Of a stretch of 64,000 nucleotides of DNA, positions 19,810-28,752 are shown one piece after another; position 1 is the first letter of the stretch; each line of letters starts with the position of its first letter. Source of the stretch: an uncultured Acidobacteriota bacterium. GTDB taxonomy: Bacteria > Acidobacteriota > Vicinamibacteria > Vicinamibacterales > 2-12-FULL-66-21. The DNA is taken from positions 72,912-136,911 of the forward strand of contig CAWEMY010000011.1 in the NCBI GenBank assembly GCA_963810305.1, written 5' to 3'. A program made the translations under genes and the position numbers. Below the pieces are notes generated by a model, which was given only the letters and a program-made list of their open reading frames with translations, searched no databases and was not told the origin of the DNA.

Positions 19810-20895
19810 TCACGACTGCGGCGGCAGACTCTGAAGTGCGTGCCTCATCCCCCGCGGCGTCGTTCTAACTGCCCCAACGGCATCGACGCCCCCGCCGGAG
19901 GCCGCTTCGGCTCGGACGGTGAACACCGCCGTGGCGACTTCTCCATGCCGTTTGATCTGCGTCCAGATCCGGTAGGTCCCTGCTTCCGGCAGCGCCGCCT
20001 TGAAGGTCAGCGTTGGTCCCCCTCGGGCAGTCGGGCGTCCGGCAGGGACGAGTTCCACCGGGTGCGCGTGAACCACTCTCGACATGTTCTCACTGACCGC
20101 CAGCGAGTGTCCCCACGCTCCGAGATACGGTTCGACATCCTCGACTGGCTTGCCGGTTTTGGCGTCCGCAAGCCTGTAGAGGAATTTCTCCTCGCGGCCG
20201 GCGAGCAAGCCTCCTGCGGGAAGCTCCAGGGTCACCGACAGGTCGCCGACGACGTGATTGAGCAGCCCGTCGGGCACGAGGCGTCCTTCGGCGGCCGCGA
20301 TGTCGCCGGCCTCGACGTCCGAAGTGACCAGTGGCTGGTTATCCACCTGCGGCGTGCCGCCGGACGGCAGAAAGTCGGAATAAAGCCGGTAGCGGCCCGA
20401 GCGTGGCAGTGTCAGATCGAGTGCCCACGACCCGTCTGGCTGCTGTTCCGGGTGAACATGATCGTAGTGGGCGAGGTCGGCGCCGATCACGAACATATGA
20501 AAGCGCTTCTCATGAACGACCGCGAAGTCGCGGATCATCGCGCGGCTGTCGGGGTGGCGAACGGTCAATCGTAGTCGGAACGGATGCCCGGCAACGATCC
20601 CGCGGGGTGTCTCGATTTCGACGTTGTATTCGACCTCGTCTGGGGAACCGGTGGGCACCAGCGTCATGCCGCAGATCGAGCACGTCCCCGCCGCCTTCGA
20701 GCGGACATTTGGATGCATCTGGCAGGCGTACGGCGCGCTCTGCGGCGCCGCTGCCGGGGCTTGCGCCACCTGATCCGGCTTTCTCGGCGCCGCCCACGCC
20801 GGGGCCAGGCAGACGACCGCCACGATGCTCGCGGCTACCGCCACCCGACCTGATCGGCCGGTCCGGAGCGCGCGCTCGAGGTGTATCATGGGCAT
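19810..20895 (-). CDS. Heavy-metal-binding-domain (HMBD) protein with periplasmic Ig-like domains
   Basis: YACQMHPNVRSKAAGTCSICGMTLVP matches the HMBD motif seen at the N-terminus of Cus/Cop accessory proteins. His-rich beta-sandwich-like segments follow. Confidence 0.65.
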   Translation of the reverse strand: MPMIHLERALRTGRSGRVAVAASIVAVVCLAPAWAAPRKPDQVAQAPAAAPQSAPYACQMHPNVRSKAAGTCSICGMTLVPTGSPDEVEYNVEIETPRGIVAGHPFRLRLTVRHPDSRAMIRDFAVVHEKRFHMFVIGADLAHYDHVHPEQQPDGSWALDLTLPRSGRYRLYSDFLPSGGTPQVDNQPLVTSDVEAGDIAAAEGRLVPDGLLNHVVGDLSVTLELPAGGLLAGREEKFLYRLADAKTGKPVEDVEPYLGAWGHSLAVSENMSRVVHAHPVELVPAGRPTARGGPTLTFKAALPEAGTYRIWTQIKRHGEVATAVFTVRAEAASGGGVDAVGAVRTTPRGMRHALQSLPPQS

Positions 20896-20985
20896 TCCGC
20901 TGATCCCGTATTGGTCGGACCTTTCGTGCGAGTGAGTATACCCCGTTAGCCTGATGGGTCAAGACGTGACAACGGCGCCCTCCCG

Positions 20986-21741
20986 GTGTCTTCAGAGGGG
21001 CGAATGCCGCCCTTGAAGCAAGCGCTCGACGAACTCGTCACTGCCAACCGGATCCTTGCCCATGAGCAGGTCGTCGATGCCTTCGGCCATGTCAGCATCC
21101 GCCATCCCGAAGCGCCCGACCGCTACCTGATGTCGCGTGCGCGGGCTCCTGAATGCATCGAGCTCGCGGACGTGATGGAGTTCACCCTCGACGGAACGCC
21201 GATCGAATCCTCCGCTCGAAAAGCTTACGCCGAACGGCATATCCACGGCGCCATTTACGAAACGAACCCGGGGGTCCTGGCGGTCGTCCACAACCACAGC
21301 CCGGGTATCATTCCGTTCGGCATCACCGGCACGCCGCTGCGCCCGGTGATGCACATGTGCGCATCGATGGGCGCCTACGTCCCTGTCTGGGATTCGCGCA
21401 CGGTCTTCGGCGACACCAATCTCCTCGTGACGAACATGGTGATGGGCCGCGACCTCGCAGCGGCTCTCGGCCACGGCTCCGTGGCGCTCATGCGCGGCCA
21501 CGGTTGCGTCGTCGCCGGCGGTTCGCTGCGCGAAGTCGTCTTCAACTCCGTCTACCTCGAGCTGAACGCCGGGCTGCAGCTGAAGGCCGCCGCCCTCGGT
21601 CCCATCACGTTTCTCAGCGACGGCGAAATCGAGGCGGTGCGCGCCACCCGCAGTTCGTTTACCTACGAGCGCGCCTGGGAATACTGGTGCCGGCGAGCCG
21701 GGCGCGAGTACGACTACCGTCCGATGGAAGGCCCGCTGTGA
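20986..21741 (+). CDS. Class II aldolase/adducin family protein
   Basis: LVTANRILAHEQVVDAFGHVSIRHP.., HNHSPG.., LMRGHGCVVAG are typical class II aldolase motifs. Confidence 0.8.
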   Translation: MSSEGRMPPLKQALDELVTANRILAHEQVVDAFGHVSIRHPEAPDRYLMSRARAPECIELADVMEFTLDGTPIESSARKAYAERHIHGAIYETNPGVLAVVHNHSPGIIPFGITGTPLRPVMHMCASMGAYVPVWDSRTVFGDTNLLVTNMVMGRDLAAALGHGSVALMRGHGCVVAGGSLREVVFNSVYLELNAGLQLKAAALGPITFLSDGEIEAVRATRSSFTYERAWEYWCRRAGREYDYRPMEGPL

Positions 21742-21806
21742 AGCTGCGCCTCAAACCGTCGAGTGAAGAACGGGAGCGCCGGTGTGAGGCGCAGCGTCAC
21801 TGGGAA

Positions 21807-22617
21807 TCATAGGCGGCCCCGGTCAGGTGCTGCGTTTGGTTCGGCCGGAGGCTGTCTCCCGTGAGAGAAACTCGCTAACCAACGTGCGACAGGCAGGAGC
21901 GGTGTCGGCAGCCACGAGCGGACTCGTTCACGGAAGAGCCACCCCCTGATGGACTGTGAATGGGCCGAAAGGTAGGGATCCCGAATCGCCGTGCAGTCGC
22001 GGAGGAAGATACCGAATGTCGACCCCGGCAGCTTGCGGGCGGTGAACGGGATGCCCTTCCGACCGAGGTCAGACACGATAGCGCGGATTGCCCGAGCGAT
22101 GACGTCGTCGTCATGAAAACAGATCGCGGCGTTCGGTGCGCAGACCCTCAGGCAGAAGGCGAAGTCGGACAGCACGGCGGAGTATGTGTGCTCACCGTCG
22201 ATGAAGCAGAAGTCCGCGCCAGGGAGGCCACCATAGTCGATGTCACGCGCGTCCGCGTCGAAGCTGGTGATCTTATCCAGTTGGTCCGGCGACACACGAC
22301 GGAGGTTGTCCAGCATCCGGGCAGTGGAGTTACCTTCGTACGCGTAGTGCCTGGCCGCGGTCGTCGGGCTGGCTGAGGGGCCGTCTGTCGATAGAGACGA
22401 TCTTCCGGCACCGGGGGTCCACCAAGTGCTGCTGAATGCTGCCGCCGAGGTGAGAGCCAATCTCGAGGTAGACATACTCGGACTGCTGACGGAGTGATCG
22501 CTGAACGGCAAGCCAGGCCTGACGGTCGCCGATTGTGGACTGTGATGGAACTGCGTCGAACAAGCTCACGTCAAGCGACTCGATACGAACTGCGATATCA
22601 CCATCGGCCACGTTCAT
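21807..22617 (-). CDS. Class I SAM-dependent methyltransferase (Methyltransf_24-like), frame-disrupted
   Basis: N-part ORF 22330..22617 (YLEIGSHLGGSIQQHL..). C-part ORF 21807..22511 (..FCFIDGEHTYSAVLSDF..ICFHDD). The two frames join near 22340-22370. Confidence 0.6.
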
Positions 22618-22710
22618 ACCTAATCCCCTCTGCGGTCTGTAACGAAGTTCAGTTCGACGCAGTGCGTCGCGCTGTGTCTATCTGATCCACCAGGCACACG
22701 GAGTAGTACC

Positions 22711-22818
22711 GTGAAGATTCTCGCATTGGACCTCGGCAAGTTCAACAGCGCGAGCTGCTTTTACGACACGAAGACCAGTGACGATCAAACCTTTAGAAGG
22801 TGTCTAGCCTGGCCTTAG
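22711..22818 (+). mobile_element. Remnant of an IS110-family transposase N-terminus
   Basis: GTG 22711: VKILALDLGKFNSASCFYDTKTSDDQTF.. matches the start of the DEDD (RuvC-like) domain of IS110 transposases, but stops after 35 codons. Confidence 0.6.
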
Positions 22819-22819
22819 C

Positions 22820-23536
22820 CTAGACGGACATCAGCCGATCCCGCCGATCGGTGTGGTACTCCAGGAGCTGAAGGTTCGCGGCTTTGATCACCGCGGTCTC
22901 TTCGGCGATCCGCCCGAGATCCCGGCCGGGGACGATGGCATACATGTCCCCTGAATCGAGGCCCGTATAGACGCGATTTCCGACACAGCCGACGCTCGCC
23001 ACCATGCCCGACCTCATCGCCGCCGGCACCGACATGCATGTCGGCCGGCCAAACGTACTCAGCTGTGCAGCCACTCCGGCCCGAAGGGCCGACTCCTGCA
23101 GCAGCATCACCATTCCCGCGCGTCCGCAGAACACCACGACGTCAGGATCGACGGGTGTGTCGGCGAGCGGCGCGTAGACAATTGCGGAGGGGGGTGCGGG
23201 CAAACGCGGGATCCCGGGCACTTCCTCCATTCGAATGTATCCCGCGCTCGTCAGCATGGTCAGCGTTGCGGGTAACTCCTGCTCCCGATCGGGGGGGAGG
23301 GGGATATTGTGCGTATGCGCCCCGATCGCGCAATTGTAGTGATCGCTCGGCACGGTGTAGAACGTGCGGCCCTCGGATGCGAGCCGCCAGAACGTGCAGC
23401 CTGATGGCACGGTGCCACTGAACCTCAGGACGTTCCGGGGCGCGACGCCCATCGACGTAATCGCCACCGGGCGCCGTTCAAGCCGGAGGTTCATGAAGAA
23501 CCGCTCCTCGAGCTGCCGGTAATCTGTCATCGCCAT
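22820..23536 (-). CDS. DUF169 domain-containing protein
   Basis: LERRPVAI....SGCTFWRLASEGRTFYT...DHYNCAIGAHTHNI matches DUF169/COG2043. Confidence 0.75.
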   Translation of the reverse strand: MAMTDYRQLEERFFMNLRLERRPVAITSMGVAPRNVLRFSGTVPSGCTFWRLASEGRTFYTVPSDHYNCAIGAHTHNIPLPPDREQELPATLTMLTSAGYIRMEEVPGIPRLPAPPSAIVYAPLADTPVDPDVVVFCGRAGMVMLLQESALRAGVAAQLSTFGRPTCMSVPAAMRSGMVASVGCVGNRVYTGLDSGDMYAIVPGRDLGRIAEETAVIKAANLQLLEYHTDRRDRLMSV

Positions 23537-23668
23537 ACTCCTCTAAAAGACCGGAAGAAAGACCAATCGCCGTAGTCCAGCCCTTTAGGGCTGTCCATCG
23601 AAGGGACGTCCAACCCTATAGGGCTGTCATCCGACTCGCACGTCGAGCAGAAAAGCGAACGCCTGGGT

Positions 23669-24019
23669 TCAGGCTTTGGGTGGAGGAGTGTGGTGCGTCA
23701 GGATGGGCGCCAGGTAGGAATCGAAAACCTCGACGGTGCGATGCCGCAGTGTGAGGTCGTACGTGATCGCCGTCTGGTCCGGCAGGACCGCCACCGTCGA
23801 GACGCCAACCAGCAGCGAGCACTCCGCGAGGAGCATGCACTCGACTTTCCCGGATCGAGCCTCCGGTTTGGGCGCGTTCGAACGCAAGCAGAACTGATCG
23901 CAGTCCCCATTCGTAGCGCCCGCCGACGCCACCGGCGTGGGCGCTCTGGCGATGCACACCATTCGCACGCCGGTGAGCGGCACGAATGCAAGCAACAGCC
24001 AGATCAGGAGCTTGTACAT
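23669..24019 (-). CDS. Small secreted Cys-containing hypothetical protein
   Basis: The internal ATG 24019 of ORF 23669..24184 gives leader MYKLLIWLLLAFVPLTG. No recognisable family. Confidence 0.35.
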   Translation of the reverse strand: MYKLLIWLLLAFVPLTGVRMVCIARAPTPVASAGATNGDCDQFCLRSNAPKPEARSGKVECMLLAECSLLVGVSTVAVLPDQTAITYDLTLRHRTVEVFDSYLAPILTHHTPPPKA

Positions 24020-24074
24020 GGTGAGCGGCACACGACAATAACTGGGCCGGACGTGAGGTGTCAACGGTCGGACC

Positions 24075-25736
24075 ATGACGTGTCGGACCATGACGGCGCA
24101 GGCGGTAAGATGTCCGGACGCTACTCTGATGGACACCGAAGTGTTGATCGTCGGCGCCGGCCCGGTCGGCTTGACTCTGGCCATTGCCCTCGGTCAGCGC
24201 GGGATACGCTGCACGCTGATCGAAAAAAAGGGGGCGCCGGAATTCCTGCCGAAGATGGAGCGGTGCAACGCCCGCACGATGGAGATCTTTCGGCGGATGG
24301 GTCTCGCCGACAAGGTTCGTGCGGCGGGGCTCGATCGCCACGTCCCGATGGACGTGTATATAACGCTGGCGCTCAATCAGCCTGAGCTCCTTCGGTTGAA
24401 ATACCCTTCGGTCGCAGAGGCACGAACCGAGATCGCCGGCTGCGACGATGGCTCGATGCCGCTCGAGCCTTACCAGCTGATTTCCCAATACACGCTCGAG
24501 CCGCTGCTGAAGGCCGAATGCGAAGCCCTCCCGGCGATCAGCGTTCGATACGGCTGCGAGTTCGTTTCGCTGTCGCAGCATCCCGACAACGTGACAGCGA
24601 TCGTGCAAACGCATGGGGAAAGCCATCAGATCCGCGCGCAGTACGTTGTCGGGTGCGACGGCGGCGCCAGCGTGGTGCGCAAGCAGCTGGGGATTCAGCT
24701 GCGGGGCGAAGGCGACCTGCTGCGCCTGTATCAGGCGCTCTATTACAGTCCCACGCTCTACGACAGGATCCCGATCGACGGCGGGCCGGGACGGGGGCGC
24801 CACTACCACATCGCCGACGGCCAGTCGACGTTCCTGATCATGCAGGACTCGACGAAGCATTGGACGCTGCATGCCAACGTTGAAAGTCCGGAACAGATGG
24901 CCGCCCAGTTCGAACGGGCCATTGGCGTTCCGGTGCCATACGAGATGCTCTACGTCGGTGCCTGGAAGTTGAACTTGCTGCTCGCGGATCGGTACTGGAG
25001 CGGGCGCGTGTTTCTCGCCGGCGACGCCGCGCATCTGGTGATTCCGACCGGCGGCCTCGGCATGAACACCGGTGTCGGCGATGCCGTCGATCTGTCGTGG
25101 AAGCTGGCGGCGACGCTGCGCGGGTGGGGAGGACCGAACCTGCTCGCCTCGTACGAAGTCGAGCGGCGCCAGGTCGGAGACCGGAACATCGGCGCGTCGC
25201 GCTATGCGTGGCTCGGCCGGCGCAAGTGGCGGTCGGCGTATCGTCCCGATATTTGCGACCGAACCGCCGCCGGGCAGGCGACTCGCGATAACCTGACGCG
25301 GATTGCGGCAGTCGAACAACCCAAGAGCAATGAAATGATCGGCGCGGAACTGGGCTATCGCTACGTTGGTTCCCCAATCGTCTGGGATGAGCCCGGAGGG
25401 CCAGAGCATCTTTTCCGGGAGTACGTGCCGACCACGTGGCCGGGCGCCCGCGTGCCGCACGTGTGGGCGGCGGAACAGACGCCACTCCAGGACTTGATCG
25501 GCGACGGCTACACGCTGCTGCGTCTGGGCCGGACCACCGGCGATACGACCCCGCTCGAGACCGCCATGCGTTCGATCGGTGCGCCCTTCGAGACACTTAC
25601 GGTGGAGGCACCCGCGGCGCGTGATGTCTTAGGATATGACCTCCTTCTGCTTCGCCCGGACCTTCACGTCGCCTGGCGGGGGAACGCGCTGCCGAAGGAA
25701 CCCGCACTTCTGGCCTCTCTCGTGACCGGACACTGA
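24075..25736 (+). CDS. FAD-dependent aromatic-ring monooxygenase (PheA/TfdB-type hydroxylase)
   Basis: VLIVGAGPVGLTLAIALGQRGIRCTLIEKK dinucleotide fold. GDAAHLVIPTGGLGMNTGVGDAVDL FAD motif. C-terminal thioredoxin-like domain. Confidence 0.85.
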   Translation: MTCRTMTAQAVRCPDATLMDTEVLIVGAGPVGLTLAIALGQRGIRCTLIEKKGAPEFLPKMERCNARTMEIFRRMGLADKVRAAGLDRHVPMDVYITLALNQPELLRLKYPSVAEARTEIAGCDDGSMPLEPYQLISQYTLEPLLKAECEALPAISVRYGCEFVSLSQHPDNVTAIVQTHGESHQIRAQYVVGCDGGASVVRKQLGIQLRGEGDLLRLYQALYYSPTLYDRIPIDGGPGRGRHYHIADGQSTFLIMQDSTKHWTLHANVESPEQMAAQFERAIGVPVPYEMLYVGAWKLNLLLADRYWSGRVFLAGDAAHLVIPTGGLGMNTGVGDAVDLSWKLAATLRGWGGPNLLASYEVERRQVGDRNIGASRYAWLGRRKWRSAYRPDICDRTAAGQATRDNLTRIAAVEQPKSNEMIGAELGYRYVGSPIVWDEPGGPEHLFREYVPTTWPGARVPHVWAAEQTPLQDLIGDGYTLLRLGRTTGDTTPLETAMRSIGAPFETLTVEAPAARDVLGYDLLLLRPDLHVAWRGNALPKEPALLASLVTGH

Positions 25737-25772
25737 TCCGCTCGCCACCACCGAGTTCAAAGCGCCGCGCAC

Positions 25773-26792
25773 ATGAATCTGAAAATCGACGTCTTCAACC
25801 ACGTGTTCCCAAAGCCCTTTTTCGAACGCCTGCAGGAGGTGATCGTCAACAAGGGGGCGATCAAGCGCTGGCTCAACATCCCCTTTCTCCACGACACCGC
25901 CGTCCGGTTCCGGATGCTCGAGGAGTTCGGCGACGACTATCGCCAGGTGCTGTCGCTCTCGGCCCCGCCAATCGAGTCCATCAATCCCGACCGGCAGATC
26001 ACCATCGATCTGGCAGCCCTTGCCAACGATTCGATGGCTGATCTCGTCCGCCAGTACCCGCAGCGGTTCCCGGGCTTCATTGCCTCGCTCCCGCTCAACC
26101 ATCCGGACGAGAGCGTTGGGGAACTGGAGCGCTCAGTGAAGGAGCTCGGCGCCCTGGGAGTGCAGGTGTTTTCCAACGTCAACGGTCTTCCGCTGGACGA
26201 CGAGCGATTTTTCCCTCTTTTCGAGACCGCCGACCGCCTGCGATGCCCGATCTTTCTGCATCCCGCGCGCGGCGCGAAGTTCGCTGACTATCCCGGCGAA
26301 GAGAAGTCAAAGTACGAGATCTGGTGGACGTTCGGCTGGCCCTATGAAACCAGCGCCGCGATGCAGCGGCTGGTTTTCTCACGATTGTTCGATCGGCTGC
26401 CGACCGTCAAGATCGTGGCGCATCATCTCGGCGCGATGGTCCCGTATTTCGAAGGCCGGGTCGGGTACGGGCTCGATCAGTTCGGCAGCCGCACCGCGGA
26501 TGAGGACTATGAAGGTCTGCGCCGGTCGATGCCCCGGCGGCCGAAGGATTACTTCAAGATGTTCTGGGCCGACACGGCGGTGTTCGGAAGCCGGGCCGCC
26601 ACCGAGTGCGGGCTGCAGTTCTATGGCGCCGATCAGGTCATGTTTGCCTCGGATGCGCCATTCGATCCTGAGGGAGGATCGATGTACATCCGCGAAACCA
26701 TCAAAGTGATCGACAGCCTCGATATTTCAGCCGCAGACCGCGACAAGATCTACCGCGGCAACGCCGAGCGGCTCTTCAACCGCACGTTCTGA
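25773..26792 (+). CDS. Amidohydrolase-2 family enzyme (ACMSD/LigW-type non-oxidative decarboxylase or hydratase)
   Basis: MNLKIDVFNHVFP.. start, ..IFLHPA.., ..VAHHLG.., ..FASDAPFD metal-ligand pattern of the amidohydrolase_2 family. Confidence 0.75.
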   Translation: MNLKIDVFNHVFPKPFFERLQEVIVNKGAIKRWLNIPFLHDTAVRFRMLEEFGDDYRQVLSLSAPPIESINPDRQITIDLAALANDSMADLVRQYPQRFPGFIASLPLNHPDESVGELERSVKELGALGVQVFSNVNGLPLDDERFFPLFETADRLRCPIFLHPARGAKFADYPGEEKSKYEIWWTFGWPYETSAAMQRLVFSRLFDRLPTVKIVAHHLGAMVPYFEGRVGYGLDQFGSRTADEDYEGLRRSMPRRPKDYFKMFWADTAVFGSRAATECGLQFYGADQVMFASDAPFDPEGGSMYIRETIKVIDSLDISAADRDKIYRGNAERLFNRTF

Positions 26793-26919
26793 ACACACGC
26801 GCCGGGGGTCACCACAGAGACCAGAGGCACAGAGACTCTTACGTAAAGACAGAGAATTTCAGAACACAGAAGTTGTTTCTCTGCGCCTCTGTGCCTGCTG
26901 CGCGCTACAGCGCCGCGCG

Positions 26920-28500
26920 CTACAGCGCCGGACGGCGCTTGTGCCAATCGGTTGCCGACTCATACGCGTGCGCGAGCGAGAGCACCCGCGCATCCTGAAA
27001 CGGCCTGGCGCAGATCTGCAACCCGATAGGCAGGTTCGCCGGCTCCTTTGAGAAACCGCAGGGTAATGAAATGGCCGGGAACCCGCACACGTTCCACCAC
27101 GAGCGAAACGTCTCCGGCGGGTCGACCGCGACGAGTCCTGGCGATGGCATCGTCGGACTGAGCAAGGCGTCCAGCGGTTCGAACACCTTGTGCATGTCGT
27201 CGATGAACAACGCCCGCGCGCGCTGGGCCTGCTGGTACTGAGCCGCGGTCACCAGCGAGCCTCCCTCGACACTGGTTCGCACCCGTGACACCCCGGGCCC
27301 CGAGCGCCCGATCTCCGAGAGGTACTTGTCGGCGGCGTCAGTGGTGAGAAACTGCCGATGATAGGTGGCGGCGTCGCAGATCCGGATGATCCTCTGACAC
27401 CCGGCCGCTACTTTCATTCGCGCTGGAAAGGTGACTTCCCGAATTTCGGCACCGAGCCCCTGGAGCACCTTGACGGCATCAGCGAACGCTTGCTTGACCT
27501 CGGGATGAAACTGGTCGATCTCGGCGGCGGCGATCACACCGAGGCGCATCCCGCGGACGTTGCGTACCAGCCGCCGGTAGTCAGGCATCTGAACGCGGAC
27601 GCTCGAGCGGTCTCTGGCGTCGTATCCCGCGATGATGCCGAGGAGGATCGCCGTGTCTTCCACCGTCTTCGCCATCGGCCCCAGGTGGTCGAGGCTCCAG
27701 CTGATCGGCACGACCCCGTAGCGGCTCACGAGACCGAACGTCGGCTTGAGACCCACGACCCCGCAGGTGCTTGCGGGATTCCGGATCGAACCTGACGTAT
27801 CGCCTCCGGTCGCCCCGAGCAGCATCGACGCCGCGAGTGCCGCGCCGGCGCCGCCGCTCGACCCGCCCGCGTTGCGGGTGAGATCCCAGGGGTTGTTGCA
27901 GCCGGGTGTGTAACCGCCGAATGACCACTCGGGGAGGTTCAGCTTGCCGATCAGAATCCCGCCGGCACCGGTCAGGCGCTCGACGATGGCCGCGTCGAAG
28001 TCCGGGACGAAGTTCTCGAGCACCGGTGTCGCAGCTGTCGTCCGGATGCCCTTCGTGTAATACGTGTCCTTGACTCCGACCGGAATCCCGTGGAGAGGAC
28101 CGCGATAGTTACCCCGCTGGATCTCACGCTCGGCGGTCCGTGCCGCCGCCAGCGCCTGTTCGCCGGCGACCGTAATGAAGGCGCCGACCTTTGGATTCAG
28201 CGCCTCGACGCGCGCCAGCACGGCCTGCGTCAGCTCCACTGGTGATAGTTGCCGCTTCGAGATCTGTCGCGCCGCATCCACGATCGTGAGAGCGGGAAGA
28301 TCGATGCCCGCACCAGCTGCGGTTGCGCTCGCGGGCCGCTGCGGCCATTCCCCTTCGGTAGCGGCCCCGACCGGAGAGGTTGCGAGCCCGGTGAGAGCGG
28401 CCGTCGATAATTCGAGGAATCTGCGGCGGGTCGTTTCGGTAGAGGCCGGCTTCAGCCGGCCTGTCTTGTTGCCTGCGGAATGTGTGCGCACCGGAGTCAC
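26920..28500 (-). CDS. Amidase-signature family amidase with twin-arginine signal peptide
   Basis: TRRRFLELSTAALTGLATSPVGA Tat motif. GGSSGGAGAALAA amidase signature. GTG start overlaps the stop of the upstream small gene (GTGA). Confidence 0.85.
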   Translation of the reverse strand: MTPVRTHSAGNKTGRLKPASTETTRRRFLELSTAALTGLATSPVGAATEGEWPQRPASATAAGAGIDLPALTIVDAARQISKRQLSPVELTQAVLARVEALNPKVGAFITVAGEQALAAARTAEREIQRGNYRGPLHGIPVGVKDTYYTKGIRTTAATPVLENFVPDFDAAIVERLTGAGGILIGKLNLPEWSFGGYTPGCNNPWDLTRNAGGSSGGAGAALAASMLLGATGGDTSGSIRNPASTCGVVGLKPTFGLVSRYGVVPISWSLDHLGPMAKTVEDTAILLGIIAGYDARDRSSVRVQMPDYRRLVRNVRGMRLGVIAAAEIDQFHPEVKQAFADAVKVLQGLGAEIREVTFPARMKVAAGCQRIIRICDAATYHRQFLTTDAADKYLSEIGRSGPGVSRVRTSVEGGSLVTAAQYQQAQRARALFIDDMHKVFEPLDALLSPTMPSPGLVAVDPPETFRSWWNVCGFPAISLPCGFSKEPANLPIGLQICARPFQDARVLSLAHAYESATDWHKRRPAL

Positions 28501-28706
28501 TTCCCACCGTCCGCAGCAGATGGGACCGCCAGCGAGGAGAAGCTGGCCGGCTCCGCTTCTCTCGGAAGCGGCAGCGCATTGAGCTCCGCCAGGGAGCGCA
28601 TCAGGCTTTCGTACTCGCGGAGAAGCAGGTCCAGGCGTTCATCCGGCACTCGGAGGCCATTTGCTGTAGCAAGGATCCTCAGGGTCTCTCTCGTCATTTT
28701 CTGCAT
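28497..28706 (-). CDS. AtzG-like/DUF4089-like small protein (GatC-like partner of the amidase)
   Basis: 69 aa. LRILATANGLRVPDERLDLLLREYESLMRSLAELNALPLPREAEP follows the AtzG/GatC-like pattern. Translationally coupled to the amidase. Confidence 0.6.
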   Translation of the reverse strand: MQKMTRETLRILATANGLRVPDERLDLLLREYESLMRSLAELNALPLPREAEPASFSSLAVPSAADGGK

Positions 28707-28752
28707 CGCGCACTCCCGATCTCAAAGGTCCTGGATAGCAGTCTGGGGGAGG

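Noticed and set aside
26901-26930. Perfect 15-bp tandem duplication CGCGCTACAGCGCCG x2 spanning the amidase stop codon, giving a second in-frame TAG 5 codons downstream
   Set aside because: Most simply a small duplication with no coding consequence. No evidence for programmed read-through.
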